DNA of 64,000 bases from a bacterium (GTDB taxonomy: Bacteria > Hinthialibacterota > Hinthialibacteria > Hinthialibacterales > Hinthialibacteraceae): NCBI GenBank assembly GCA_963663405.2, contig CAXXSM010000053.1:32001-96000 (forward strand), read 5' to 3'. Of the stretch, positions 49,867 to 60,113 are shown one piece after another. Each line of letters begins with the position of its first letter. Position 1 is the first letter of the stretch. The notes below the pieces were generated by a model that saw only the letters and a list, made by a program, of their open reading frames with translations, was not told the DNA's origin and did no database searches. The translations under genes and the position numbers were made by a program.

Positions 49867-51171
49867 GTGAACGCATCAACAAAAAACCATCCCACCGTCC
49901 TCATCCACACCCTCGGCTGCAAGGTCAATCAATACGATTCTGAGCGGTTGCGGACGTTGTTGCGCAAACAAGGCTGCCGGACTTATGTGAATTCAAACGC
50001 GGCGTCTCCAGACTTGATTGTGATTAACACCTGTTCGGTTACAGCGGAGAGCGACCGGAAGGGGCGTCAGTTGATCCGGAAATTGATCCGCCAGCATCCT
50101 CATGCGAGAGTGGTGGTAACGGGGTGTTATTCCGAACGGAAGCCGGATCTGCTCGCCAAGATCCCCGGTGTGGATGAAATTGTTCCCATTGAAGAACAGG
50201 AACGGTGGGCTGAACGGCTGCCGGAAACGCTTGGTTGGGAAATCCGCCCGGATACACTGTGGGAATCCACCGTGGGGATCGATGCGTTTCAAGAACATAC
50301 CCGCGCGTTCGTCAAGATCCAGGATGGATGCGATTTGAGATGCACGTTCTGCAGTATCCCCTACAGCCGGGGCCAATCGCGCAGCCGTCCGATTCCCGAA
50401 ATCATAGAAGAATGCCGGAATCTTGTCTATAACGGCTATCCCGAAATCGTGCTCTGCGGCGTCTGTATCGGCCAATATGGAAAGGGTGAGGATTTTGACG
50501 TCCCCCAGCTAATCGATGAAATCGCGCCAATTGAAGGTCTCGCGCGCTTGCGTATTTCTTCTTACGAACCACAGGATCTATCAAACGAACTGTTGGATAC
50601 AATGGCGCGTTGGAATAAGATTGTCTGCCCCCATCTTCATCTTCCCCTCCAAAGTGGATCGAACCGGATCCTGCGCCGCATGAAACGCCCGTATACGTTT
50701 GAATTTTTCCACGAATGGGTGGAACAAGCGCGTCAGACGCTGCCGAATTTCGAAGTAACCACCGATATCATGACCGGCTTTCCGGGAGAGATGACCACTG
50801 ATTTCGAACTTTCATTGGAAGCAGTGCGGCTCTGCCGGTTTACTAAGGTACATTCGTTCCGGTTCTCGGTTCGGGAAGGAGTTCCGGCGGCGCGGATGAA
50901 AGACAAACTCCCGCCTTCCATTATCGAAGAACGCCGCCGCGAATTGGACCGGCTCGCGGCGAAAACAGCGGAGGAAGTGAAACAGAGTTATATCGGTCAT
51001 ATCTTGCCCGTCTTGGTTGAAACTATCGAAGACGATCGAGCCACTGGTTTCACGTCAAATTACCTGAGAGCAGTGTTCTCTCCCCCTAAGAACATAAAGC
51101 AAAAAGACATCGTAATCGTACGAATCAATAGGGTAGAGAAGGGGGAATTGATAGGAACGCTCGATTCATAG
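49867..51171 (+). CDS. mtaB: tRNA t6A37 methylthiotransferase MtaB
   Basis: TLGCKVNQYDS, INTCSVT, VTGCY, RAFVKIQDGCDLRCTFC (radical SAM), HLHLPLQSGS, NYLR. Confidence 0.92.
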   Translation: MNASTKNHPTVLIHTLGCKVNQYDSERLRTLLRKQGCRTYVNSNAASPDLIVINTCSVTAESDRKGRQLIRKLIRQHPHARVVVTGCYSERKPDLLAKIPGVDEIVPIEEQERWAERLPETLGWEIRPDTLWESTVGIDAFQEHTRAFVKIQDGCDLRCTFCSIPYSRGQSRSRPIPEIIEECRNLVYNGYPEIVLCGVCIGQYGKGEDFDVPQLIDEIAPIEGLARLRISSYEPQDLSNELLDTMARWNKIVCPHLHLPLQSGSNRILRRMKRPYTFEFFHEWVEQARQTLPNFEVTTDIMTGFPGEMTTDFELSLEAVRLCRFTKVHSFRFSVREGVPAARMKDKLPPSIIEERRRELDRLAAKTAEEVKQSYIGHILPVLVETIEDDRATGFTSNYLRAVFSPPKNIKQKDIVIVRINRVEKGELIGTLDS

Positions 51172-52371
51172 AATCGTCAGCGGTTTATTGCCCGGCGCGA
51201 TTTTACCTAAAACAACGGGGCGTTTCGCTCCAGTAACGGATGGGACGTTGGAGGGAATCCCGCAAAGGGTGGAATACGCCAAAATCGCGAAACCAATCGC
51301 TTCCTTCGCATCGGAAGAGATACCAAATTCGTCAATATTCCGCAAAGTTAATTCAGGACATAATTCAGTTAGCCGCCGCATAAGCGTTCCATTTTTCGCG
51401 CCACCACCACTAACGATGACCGTATCTGGATTGCCTTCGGGAAAGATGAAATCCCGGTACGCCTGCACGATCGAACGCGCCGTCAACTCACACGCTGTGG
51501 CGATCAAGTCTTCCACCAGCGCGCCTCCCGCCTGATTGATGAACCACTCAACATAATTCATACCAAATAATTCGTGCCCAGTCGCTTTCGGCGGTTTTTC
51601 TTGAAAGAACGGATGGGCTTGGGCTTTGTTCAACAAAGCGGAGATGACCGTACCTTTTTCCGCCAAACGCCCATCTCGATCAAAACGCAGACCGTTACAG
51701 CAATTCTGCGTCAAGAGATCCATGACCATATTTCCAGGACCGCTGTCGAACGCGACGATTTTCCCATCATGGCGAATCAGCGCGCAATTGGCGATCCCAC
51801 CGATGTTTTGACATAGAATATCCCTGTCAGGCTGTGCGAATAGAAACGCGTCGACGAAGGGGATCAACGGCGCGCCGATTCCTCCCGCCGCCATGTCTCG
51901 AATCCGAAAATCCGCCACGGTTAGGATTCCCGTCAATTCTGCGATAACGCAGGGATCTCCCAGCTGCAGCGTGGAAGGAGTCAGCCAGCCGCGTTCAGTA
52001 TCGCATTGGGGAATGTGTTGAACCGTCTGCCCGTGAGATCCGATAAAATCCACCTGATCGATATCCATCCCAGCCTTTTCAACTACGATACGAGCCGCCT
52101 GCGCAAAGAGATTCCCAATCTCGAAATTCAACTGGCAGATCAATTCAACAGACGACCGCTGGGGACACATCGCGGTCTGGATTCGTTCTCGAAAATTGGA
52201 TTGAATTGTCTCTTCGTGGTACGCGATTAATTGAACGGGGGGATCATGGGATGGGAGAAATTCCACCAGCGCGGCGTCCACCGCGTCGACGGATGTGCCG
52301 GACATTAAACCGATGCCCACCATCGATTTTTCCAAAGAATGGCTCCGTAGTAGAAGAAAATCCGCGTCCAT
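51166..52371 (-). CDS. anmK: Anhydro-N-acetylmuramic acid kinase
   Basis: GLMSGTSVDAVD, GSHGQT, DFR.RDMAAGG.GAPL, NIGGIAN, FDSGPGN, SGGG, KEAIGFA. Start could be 52323. Confidence 0.95.
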   Translation of the reverse strand: MDADFLLLRSHSLEKSMVGIGLMSGTSVDAVDAALVEFLPSHDPPVQLIAYHEETIQSNFRERIQTAMCPQRSSVELICQLNFEIGNLFAQAARIVVEKAGMDIDQVDFIGSHGQTVQHIPQCDTERGWLTPSTLQLGDPCVIAELTGILTVADFRIRDMAAGGIGAPLIPFVDAFLFAQPDRDILCQNIGGIANCALIRHDGKIVAFDSGPGNMVMDLLTQNCCNGLRFDRDGRLAEKGTVISALLNKAQAHPFFQEKPPKATGHELFGMNYVEWFINQAGGALVEDLIATACELTARSIVQAYRDFIFPEGNPDTVIVSGGGAKNGTLMRRLTELCPELTLRNIDEFGISSDAKEAIGFAILAYSTLCGIPSNVPSVTGAKRPVVLGKIAPGNKPLTIL

Positions 52372-52408
52372 GTGCTATCCTGTGTCATTCAATTATGGGT
52401 GAAAACGT

Positions 52409-53852
52409 ATGGAACTGATTGGCTATTTTATTTTACTCGTTTATTTCGCCATCCTTATTTTGATCGGCGCGCTCTGTTCGCGCAACCAGGACTCGCTTTC
52501 CGATTTCTTCCTGGCGGGACGGAATATCCCTACTTGGGCGGCGTTGGCTGCGATCGTCGCTACCGAGACCAGCGCGGTGACTCTCTTGAGCGCCCCTGCG
52601 CTGGCGTTTAAAGAAGGCGGCGATTTTTCCTTTCTGCAAGTCGCGTTTGGCTATATTCTCGCCCGTGTGATATTGGCGTTGTTTTTTCTCCCCAAGTTCT
52701 TTGAACGGGATATCGTCACGATCTATGAATTCATCGGGCTTCGATTTGGTAAACATGCGCAACGTGTGACGGGGATTTTCTTTTTCATCACCCGCGCGCT
52801 GGCGGCGGGTGTCCGGCACTATGCGGCGGCGTTGGTTGTGTCGGTTTTGATTAATGTCGATCTGATCACGGCGATCGTGGTCACCGGGGTTATCTCTTTG
52901 ATCTATTCTTACCTGGGCGGGATATCGGCGGTGATCTGGACCGAAGTGCTGCAATTGGGCGTGATGATCGCCGGGGGCGTTCTTGCGTTATTCTATCTTC
53001 TCTATTTAATGCCCGGCGGTTGGAGCCATGTTGTGGAAGCCGCCAGTGAACAGAATAAATGGGTTCTCTTCCATTGGGATTGGAGCGGGACCGGCAATTA
53101 TTCATTGTTGATCGGGATGCTGGGCGGCTTGTGTTTATGCCTTGCGTCTCATGGCGCCGATCAAGATATGGTGCAGCGGCTTCTTTCGTGTAGGAATCTG
53201 CGCAGCGCCCAGACAGCGATCATCGGCAGCGGTATTTTCGTCTTCTTCCAATTCGCGTTCTTTTTATTTATTGGCGTTCTCTTGTTCGCATTCTACGGAA
53301 CGCTTCCCAGCGATATTGAAAAGACCGATCAGCTGCTGCCTTTCTTTGCGATCCAGAACATGCGCCCCGAAGCGTCGGCCCTCGTCATCGCCGCGATTCT
53401 CTCCGCCGCGCTCTCCAGCACCGCCTCCGCGTTGAATTCGCTCTCTTCCACATCGGTTAATGATTTCGTGCTGGCGTTCTACAAAAATGATCTGGATAAG
53501 AAGAAACTCGTCAATTATTCCCGCGCGTTCACCCTGATCTGGACCGTTATCCTGATCGTCATCGCCATCGCCGCCAGTGGTTCGGAAAATATACTTGAAA
53601 CCGGATTGAGTATTCCCAGTTTGACGTATGGGAGCCTCCTCGCGGCTTTCCTTTTGGGAATCTTCACTTCGTTCCGGAATCAGATGGCGTTGATTCCCGG
53701 CATGTTTGCCGGTGTCGCAGTGGTTTTAACGCTATGGTTTTTTGAGTTAAACTGGACATGGTTCGTTTCCAGCCGGAACCGCGACGGCGATGCTGACCGC
53801 CTACGCCGCCGGGTGGCTGATCCATTCTGATAGAAATGAGGTTTACAAATGA
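52409..53852 (+). CDS. Sodium:solute symporter family protein (probable extra T at 53766-53768; ORF track end 53830)
   Basis: DFFLAGR, IVATETS, IWTEVLQ, HGADQDMVQRLL, SALNSLS. Corrected tail FVPAGTATAMLTAYAAGWL...YK stops in ATGA overlap with the next gene. Confidence 0.88.
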
Positions 53853-55139
53853 AAAAACAAATTGTATACATGACGCTTGCGCTTTTCCTTTTAGGCGTTG
53901 TCTTCCACGCCGCCGCGTCTGACCCTTTGCCTTGGGCCAATCCGTGGGATGTGGGCATGGATTACCGGTACGTCAACCGGGCGTTTACGGAAGCCGCCGC
54001 CGCGATCGGTGAAAAAGCGGCTCCAGGCGCGGTGGGAATTGTGATCAAAGACGGGCATATCATCGCCCGGCGCGCGTTGGGGAACGCGCAGACGAATTTG
54101 ATCTACCGATCCCCCGATAATGAGAAACTTCAGTTCATCCCCATGAGCCAGCGTATGTTGGAATCCACGATTTTCGATCTCGCGTCTGTAACGAAAATGG
54201 TGGCTTGCACGACATCGCTGATGATTCTGATCGAGGAAGGAAAAATCAAACTCGACGATCCTGTGGTGAAATATATCCCCTCGTTCGGCGCGCGCGCGAA
54301 GGATAAAGTCACGATCCGTCACTTGATGACGCATTCGTCCGGCCTTCCCGCATGGGCCGCGTTTTGGGTGACCTGCGTGAATCGTGAGGAAGTGTACCGC
54401 TCGATCGATGAAGACTTCGCGCTTGAATACCCGCCGGGAGAGAATCGAATCTATAGCGATCTGGGATTTATCAAACTGGGCCAAATTGTCGAGACCGTCA
54501 CTGGGCAGCGGCTCGATCACTTTACGAAAGAACGCATTTTCGAACCGCTGGGCATGGATGATACGATGTACCTTCCGTGGTTGCAGCGCCGTCTACGCGT
54601 AGCGCCCACGGAGTACGATCCATTGCGTGACACCCGCGTTGAAAGGCATTGTCCATGATGAAAACACACGCGCCCTCGGTGGTGTATCCGGTCACGCGGG
54701 TCTCTTCTCCACGGCGAATGATTTGGCTATCTTCGCCCAAATGCTGCTAAACAAAGGTGAATTCAACGGAACGCGCATTCTTAAAGAAAGCACAATCGAT
54801 CTTATGCTTACCCCTCAATTAACATCCAGTGCGGTTCAGAGCGTGTCCAGTTTTCTGCGGAAACGCAAACAGCTGCTCGGTTGGTGGGGGGTGGATGATA
54901 AGATGACGATCAATTATATTGGTGGCCTGCCCTCCAAAACCGCTTACGGACATTCCGGCTTCACGGGCACAATGATCTGCATCGATCCTGAACACAACGC
55001 CGCCGCGATCCTCCTCTCCAATGCTGTCCATCCCCGCCGCGAAGACGCTAAAAAATCTCTCCTGCGCCATAATTTTTATATTAACATCAGCAAGGCGCTT
55101 GTGGGTGAGAAAAATGTATATGTGGATCCGGAGGAATGA
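53849..55139 (+). CDS. Secreted beta-lactamase-family serine hydrolase (AmiE-like); frameshift at ~54633-54635 (ORF track 53849..54658 + 54627..55139)
   Basis: FDLASVTK (SxxK), LMTHSSG, YSDLGF in the first frame; GIVHDEN, GHAGLFS, GHSGFTG in the second frame. Confidence 0.88.
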
Positions 55140-55157
55140 AAAAACATAATATTCAAT

Positions 55158-55279
55158 GGGTGACAAGGGCAAGGTTTTATTTTCCTCTGCCCTGGCTAAG
55201 TTCATCAAACCTTCCAATAATCCTCATCATTTCCCCTGAGCGGACACAGGCGTCTTAGGCAATTTTTTTTTGCCCTTGC
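55158..55279. repeat. Two degenerate CAAGGGCAA...TGCCCTTG hairpin repeats; third copy at 56375-56408
   Basis: gggtgacaagggcaaggttttattttcctctgccctgg; ggcaatttttttttgcccttg; gggtggcaagggcaaggattttttctgcccttg. Confidence 0.55.
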
Positions 55280-55308
55280 GGAGATCTCGCCGGATAATAT
55301 CAGCTCAC

Positions 55309-56340
55309 CTATTCATAAATCTCCCAGGAACAAACCGAAGAAGTTTGGGATGTTGATATGGCAAGCTTATTCATCGCTTCTAGAACTGTAGGAATGTCAT
55401 AATGTCCTCCGTTAAAAACTTCAAAATCATGTACAATTCCATACGATTCTAATTCTTGGTGAAATAAATTAGCTTGTCCGGATGAATCTATTAATGGATC
55501 GTTACTTCCACCATCAAATATGATAGTTGTAATACTTCTCAGAGCTTCTTCCTTTTTAGGAACCAAAGATAATGGATCAAACTCTAAAAATCTTTCCCAT
55601 ACATCTTCTCTAAGATCACCTGATGGATAATCAAACCATAAATCCACAAAGTATGGTGGATTATCTAGATTGGGTGTAAAAGCCGCTCCATACATATATG
55701 CGCTGTTCGTATTTGACATTGGATCGTGGTCTGGACCTTTCATCACATCGGGATTTTCAGAAAGAATTTCGGCCGTAAGAGGAAGCATAAATTCTTCGAA
55801 ATGAAGAATTCCACTATGAGAATAAACGGCGGAGTAAACATCAGGATGCTGCATTGCGAGGTACATTGCGCCATATCCACCCATGCTGTGTCCTGCTATT
55901 GCTCTTCCGTTCCTGTTCTTTATCGTACGGTAATTGGTATCAATAAAATCTACCAATTCGAAAACAATAAAATCTTCATAATTTCCATTTAATTCAGAAT
56001 TGACGTACATCGATCCTCCATGTATTGAATCACCGTTTGGAAATACGATAATTACAGGAGGCATATCTCCGGCTATTATTAAAGGTTCTATCATGCTTCC
56101 AAGAACACTCCATTGCGCATGATCGCCGAATGCGCCATGTAAAAAATAAATCACGGGAAAGGCGCCGCCACCTTCATCGTAGGAGGGCGGCAAATAAACT
56201 GACGTAACTCTTGTAGATGAATTCCCTAACGGATTCCCCTCCAACGACGGCGATTTAAACCGAATGGTTTCAATATCACCAAATCCCGCATGCGCCAAAA
56301 TCGCGATTACAGCCAATCCAAAAAAGAATCGATACCTCAT
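55309..56340 (-). CDS. Secreted alpha/beta hydrolase esterase (CE1-like), copy 1
   Basis: Signal peptide, VYLPPSY, FPVIYFLHG, GHSMGG nucleophile, DGG..D, GGH. Confidence 0.88.
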   Translation of the reverse strand: MRYRFFFGLAVIAILAHAGFGDIETIRFKSPSLEGNPLGNSSTRVTSVYLPPSYDEGGGAFPVIYFLHGAFGDHAQWSVLGSMIEPLIIAGDMPPVIIVFPNGDSIHGGSMYVNSELNGNYEDFIVFELVDFIDTNYRTIKNRNGRAIAGHSMGGYGAMYLAMQHPDVYSAVYSHSGILHFEEFMLPLTAEILSENPDVMKGPDHDPMSNTNSAYMYGAAFTPNLDNPPYFVDLWFDYPSGDLREDVWERFLEFDPLSLVPKKEEALRSITTIIFDGGSNDPLIDSSGQANLFHQELESYGIVHDFEVFNGGHYDIPTVLEAMNKLAISTSQTSSVCSWEIYE

Positions 56341-57496
56341 TATCATTTTCCTTTCTCGTTATGTAATTATGACCGGGTGGCAAGGGCAAGGATTTTTTCT
56401 GCCCTTGTGTAAATCCGATCACCTTACTTCATTTGAGTTATTAGTAAATCTCCCAGTTTGGCGTGGAGGAAGTTGAATCCATGGCGTTGGCAAGAAGGGG
56501 AAAATAAACTTCAATCCGTGTGAACTCATGTGAAAAATGTCCACCACTAAACGTTCTGTATTCATGAGGGATTCCCATCTGATCTAACCGTTTGTGAACG
56601 GAATCCGCCGCTAAGTTATTCGAATATTCATCGGAAGTACCTGCGTCAAAGTAAAGCAATTCGAGTGAACGTAATCTTTCTTCATACTCCGGGATTAACG
56701 TGTAAACATCTTCCTGCAACACTCTTTGCCATACTTCATCAATCAAAGATACGCTCGCGTGATCAATGAATAAATCTACATACCATGGTGGATTCTCTAA
56801 ATTGGGTGAAAATGCCGCGCACATTTGGTAGAACATAGTGGTATCAACGCCACCCGCATTAGGACCTTTATATCCATCTGGATTATCCGCAACGGATGAA
56901 GACACATCAATTACCACATCAAAATTAATCGGTCCCGCTGAACTGGCTGCGGCGCAATAAACATCCGGATGTTTCATCGCCAATTTAAAGGCGCCATAGC
57001 CTCCCATGGAGTAACCCGCGATCGTTCGTCCATTCCGTTCCGAAACCGTTCGATAATTAGAGTCTATGAAATCGACGAGATCGGTAACGATATAGTCTTC
57101 GTAGTTCCCATTGAGAATGGAATTTGTATACCAACTGCCTCCATATATACTGTCACCGTTGGGCATGACAACGATGACCGGCTCCATCTCACCATTTGTA
57201 ATCAAACGGTCGAGAACGCCTTCAATACCACCCGGCGGAAAGTCTCCAATCCAGCCAGGATTCTGGATGTAGTTCCTATGAGTCCCAAGCGCGCCATGAA
57301 GCATGTAAATAACAGGGAATTCACCGCCTTCATCATAGGAGGGCGGCAAATAAACTGACGTAACTCTTGTAGATGAATTCCCTAACGGATTCCCCTCCAA
57401 CGACGGCGATTTAAACCGAATGCTTTCAATATCACCAAATCCCGCATTCGCCAAAATCGCGATTACAGCCAATCCAAAAAAGAATCGATACCCCAT
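56171..57496 (-). repeat. 170-bp near-identical direct repeat (56171-56340 and 57327-57496) forming the 5' ends of both esterase genes
   Basis: Alignment by eye shows four mismatches over 170 bp. Confidence 0.85.
56441..57496 (-). CDS. Secreted alpha/beta hydrolase esterase (CE1-like), copy 2
   Basis: Signal peptide from ATG 57496 (AAGGA RBS), VYLPPSY, MLHG, GYSMGG, DAG..D, GGH. Confidence 0.88.
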   Translation of the reverse strand: MGYRFFFGLAVIAILANAGFGDIESIRFKSPSLEGNPLGNSSTRVTSVYLPPSYDEGGEFPVIYMLHGALGTHRNYIQNPGWIGDFPPGGIEGVLDRLITNGEMEPVIVVMPNGDSIYGGSWYTNSILNGNYEDYIVTDLVDFIDSNYRTVSERNGRTIAGYSMGGYGAFKLAMKHPDVYCAAASSAGPINFDVVIDVSSSVADNPDGYKGPNAGGVDTTMFYQMCAAFSPNLENPPWYVDLFIDHASVSLIDEVWQRVLQEDVYTLIPEYEERLRSLELLYFDAGTSDEYSNNLAADSVHKRLDQMGIPHEYRTFSGGHFSHEFTRIEVYFPLLANAMDSTSSTPNWEIY

Positions 57497-57723
57497 TTTA
57501 CTTTTCCTTTCATTGCGGCAGAAATTATATAGTGAGATACGATTGTATTTTTTTTTTTTTGATTTTTGAAGTGCTGTGCGCAATATTTAGATATATTATA
57601 TTTTTTGGAAAGTATTCAATTGCAGTTATGATAGATGGGAAAATTGTAATTATAATAATGCGTCAAGAGTAAGGTTTTTTCTTCCATTACGCGCCTTCAG
57701 CCTTCAACCTAAACACCTAGAAA

Positions 57724-59514
57724 TCATTCAAGCCGCGCAAATGGATCCAATGTGAGAAGATTGAGGCGTTCGCGGCGGTAGTCCGCCTCCCGGCCAAGGG
57801 ATTTATACGCCTGCGCCAATTTCTCGCGGTAATGGGGGGAAGAGGGTTGCAGTTGCGCGCAGATTTGATAGGCCTGCAGGGCTTCTTCATAGTGGCCTAA
57901 TAAATCCAAGCGATTAGCCCGCAATTCATGAAGAGGCGCCTGATCGGGAAACCGTTTCACTGCTTCCGTAAGCACTTCGAGCGACCGTTCTGGATCACCG
58001 TGGTAGAAAAACAGATCAGAAAGATTCTGATAAGCTTGGAATAAGATATACTCACGACGGGCGCTGACGATAAACGCCGTCTCAAGAGTCCGCAGTTCCT
58101 GCACATCCGGCATGGTACCTTGTTGGATCACTTGCCGCAGTCTCGCTGTCGCATAGAGCGCCGCTAAATCCGCCCGGTATGGCGCGCGTTTGAATCCTAC
58201 CCGGAGAAGGTCTACCCGCTTCTCTTCCGATCCGCTTTGTCGGACCTGTTTCAAAACATGATCCGCGCGCCATTCTTGGAAGAGAAAATTGCACGAAAGC
58301 AGGATCAGAATCCCCCCCACTGCGCTTAACGCGATCGGAAGAAACGAGCTCGTTTCCAGATGAGGATCATCCATCTCCTCGATGGTTTCGGTTGGAGACG
58401 ATCTCTGCATCACGCCAATCGATAACCAGAGTAACGGATGACTTAACATCATAATCACTGGGAAGCCAGCGGATAGAACAGTAAATACAAGAATCGAGAG
58501 ACTCAGCGGCAGGACCGAACCCCGCCGGCGCGTCTCATTCCACTTTTCCAACACGATCAATAACAAAATCAACGAAACAATCGAGCCAATCGTATTCTCC
58601 GCCCGCAATGCCTGCGATTCTCCCCAAAACGATTGAAGCGCCGATTCGCTGAAAAGCGGCGCTGGGAGTGGAAACTCGAATGGACGCAGGGCTTGGAAAA
58701 AGGGCTGCGTGATCGAAAAGAGAAGGGGAGTGAAATAGTCAAAATACCCAACGGCCCCTATAAAGAGAATTAATCCAATTGCAATCCATTCATTCTTTGA
58801 AGGGAAAATCGTCTCCCTCCGCTTGAACAGAATAAAAATGATGATTGTGAAGCAGAGTAGAAGATACGCCTCGGAACCCATCCATCCAAGGAAAAACGCG
58901 CATGCGCACAGCAAAATAGGGAAAAAGAGGAACTGAAGGAAAAATCGTGTACTAATACAATCAGTAAAGAAAACCGCGAAAAACAGCGGAACCGTGCAAA
59001 GCAGCGCGGTTTTAAGGCTGTCGATTGATGAAGAATCCACTGGCGCGGAGAGAACCGTCAGACCTGCCACTCCAGGATCGTTTGAGGCCGGAAACAATGT
59101 TCTGACAGTATCCCCAAACGATACGTTGGGGAAAAAATCGAAATTCAATTGGAATATGTAAATTCCCCACAAAACAAGCGCTGTGGCGCCGAATCCGAGC
59201 AGTGGAGAAATTCGGCTTCCTGAAAGACTCACCAGCAGAAATGTTCCAAACACGGCGGCTGGCCATAGAACATGCTGATTCCAAGTGTAGGAGAAAGAGA
59301 AATACAAACATAACACACCGAACCATAGGGATAGATGGAGAGGTGAAAACGGTATCCTTCTCAACGGGCTTGAAAAATGAACCCATCCCTGGATCAATCG
59401 AACCAGGACAAAACCCGCCACAATAAGAAAAGCCCCAAACCGATATCCACCCGCGATACCCGGCAGAAAAAAAGGAGCGGCTAGGAAAGGGAGGAGTTCG
59501 AGAGTAATGAACAT
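57724..59514 (-). CDS. Polytopic membrane protein with C-terminal TPR repeats
   Basis: About 12 hydrophobic segments, then TPR-like helices ([32 protein letters not shown]). Confidence 0.75.
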   Translation of the reverse strand: MFITLELLPFLAAPFFLPGIAGGYRFGAFLIVAGFVLVRLIQGWVHFSSPLRRIPFSPLHLSLWFGVLCLYFSFSYTWNQHVLWPAAVFGTFLLVSLSGSRISPLLGFGATALVLWGIYIFQLNFDFFPNVSFGDTVRTLFPASNDPGVAGLTVLSAPVDSSSIDSLKTALLCTVPLFFAVFFTDCISTRFFLQFLFFPILLCACAFFLGWMGSEAYLLLCFTIIIFILFKRRETIFPSKNEWIAIGLILFIGAVGYFDYFTPLLFSITQPFFQALRPFEFPLPAPLFSESALQSFWGESQALRAENTIGSIVSLILLLIVLEKWNETRRRGSVLPLSLSILVFTVLSAGFPVIMMLSHPLLWLSIGVMQRSSPTETIEEMDDPHLETSSFLPIALSAVGGILILLSCNFLFQEWRADHVLKQVRQSGSEEKRVDLLRVGFKRAPYRADLAALYATARLRQVIQQGTMPDVQELRTLETAFIVSARREYILFQAYQNLSDLFFYHGDPERSLEVLTEAVKRFPDQAPLHELRANRLDLLGHYEEALQAYQICAQLQPSSPHYREKLAQAYKSLGREADYRRERLNLLTLDPFARLE

Positions 59515-59930
59515 GCGGCGCGTAATCCTAAAAGGTAACTTTCCACTCCAAAACCGGCGATCTGCCCCTCCGCCACACCAGAAATATACGAATGATGGCG
59601 GAACGCTTCCCGTTTATAAACATTACTTAGATGAACCTCCACCGTGGGTATTTTTACCGCGGCGATCGCATCCCGGATGGCGACGGATGTATGCGTATAG
59701 GCGGCGGGATTAATCAAAAGCGCGTCCGCCCAGGAGGCGTTCTGGGCGATAGAGGTCACAATATCCCCTTCGCTGTTTAATTGTTCGATCCGCAATTGCG
59801 CGCTTAAATCTCCGGCAAGCGCTTCCAACCGCTTATTGATCTCATCCAGCGTGAGAACACCATACATTTCCGGCTCCCGGACGCCGAGAAGGTTTAAATT
59901 CGGACCGTGTATAACAAGAATATTTGGCAT
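59481..59930 (-). CDS. aroQ: Type II 3-dehydroquinate dehydratase
   Basis: [54 protein letters not shown]. Confidence 0.96.
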   Translation of the reverse strand: MPNILVIHGPNLNLLGVREPEMYGVLTLDEINKRLEALAGDLSAQLRIEQLNSEGDIVTSIAQNASWADALLINPAAYTHTSVAIRDAIAAVKIPTVEVHLSNVYKREAFRHHSYISGVAEGQIAGFGVESYLLGLRAACSLLSNSSLS

Positions 59931-60113
59931 GGTTACATATCCACAAGCAAATCGTTATGATGACCGGACCCAAAAAGATTGGCCCGCTTTTTAATAGAAT
60001 CTCGCCGTTCAAGAGTCGATGGGATAGGCGTCTTAACCGGCATGCGATATACTAACACTTTCCAGTACTTTACGTTATCCCCATCTCAAGATGAGGAGGA
60101 ATAAGCGATTTTC

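Noticed and set aside
53849-55139. Beta-lactam resistance gene (also the MBL domain at 10194)
   Set aside because: Only fold-level motifs; context favours peptidoglycan salvage or general hydrolase roles.
56171-57496. 170-bp repeat pair as a DGR template/variable region
   Set aside because: Mismatches are not adenine-specific, both copies are gene 5' ends, and no reverse transcriptase is present.
57693-57720. Heptamer-like run gccttca gccttca acctaaa cacctag
   Set aside because: Too short and degenerate to support a call.
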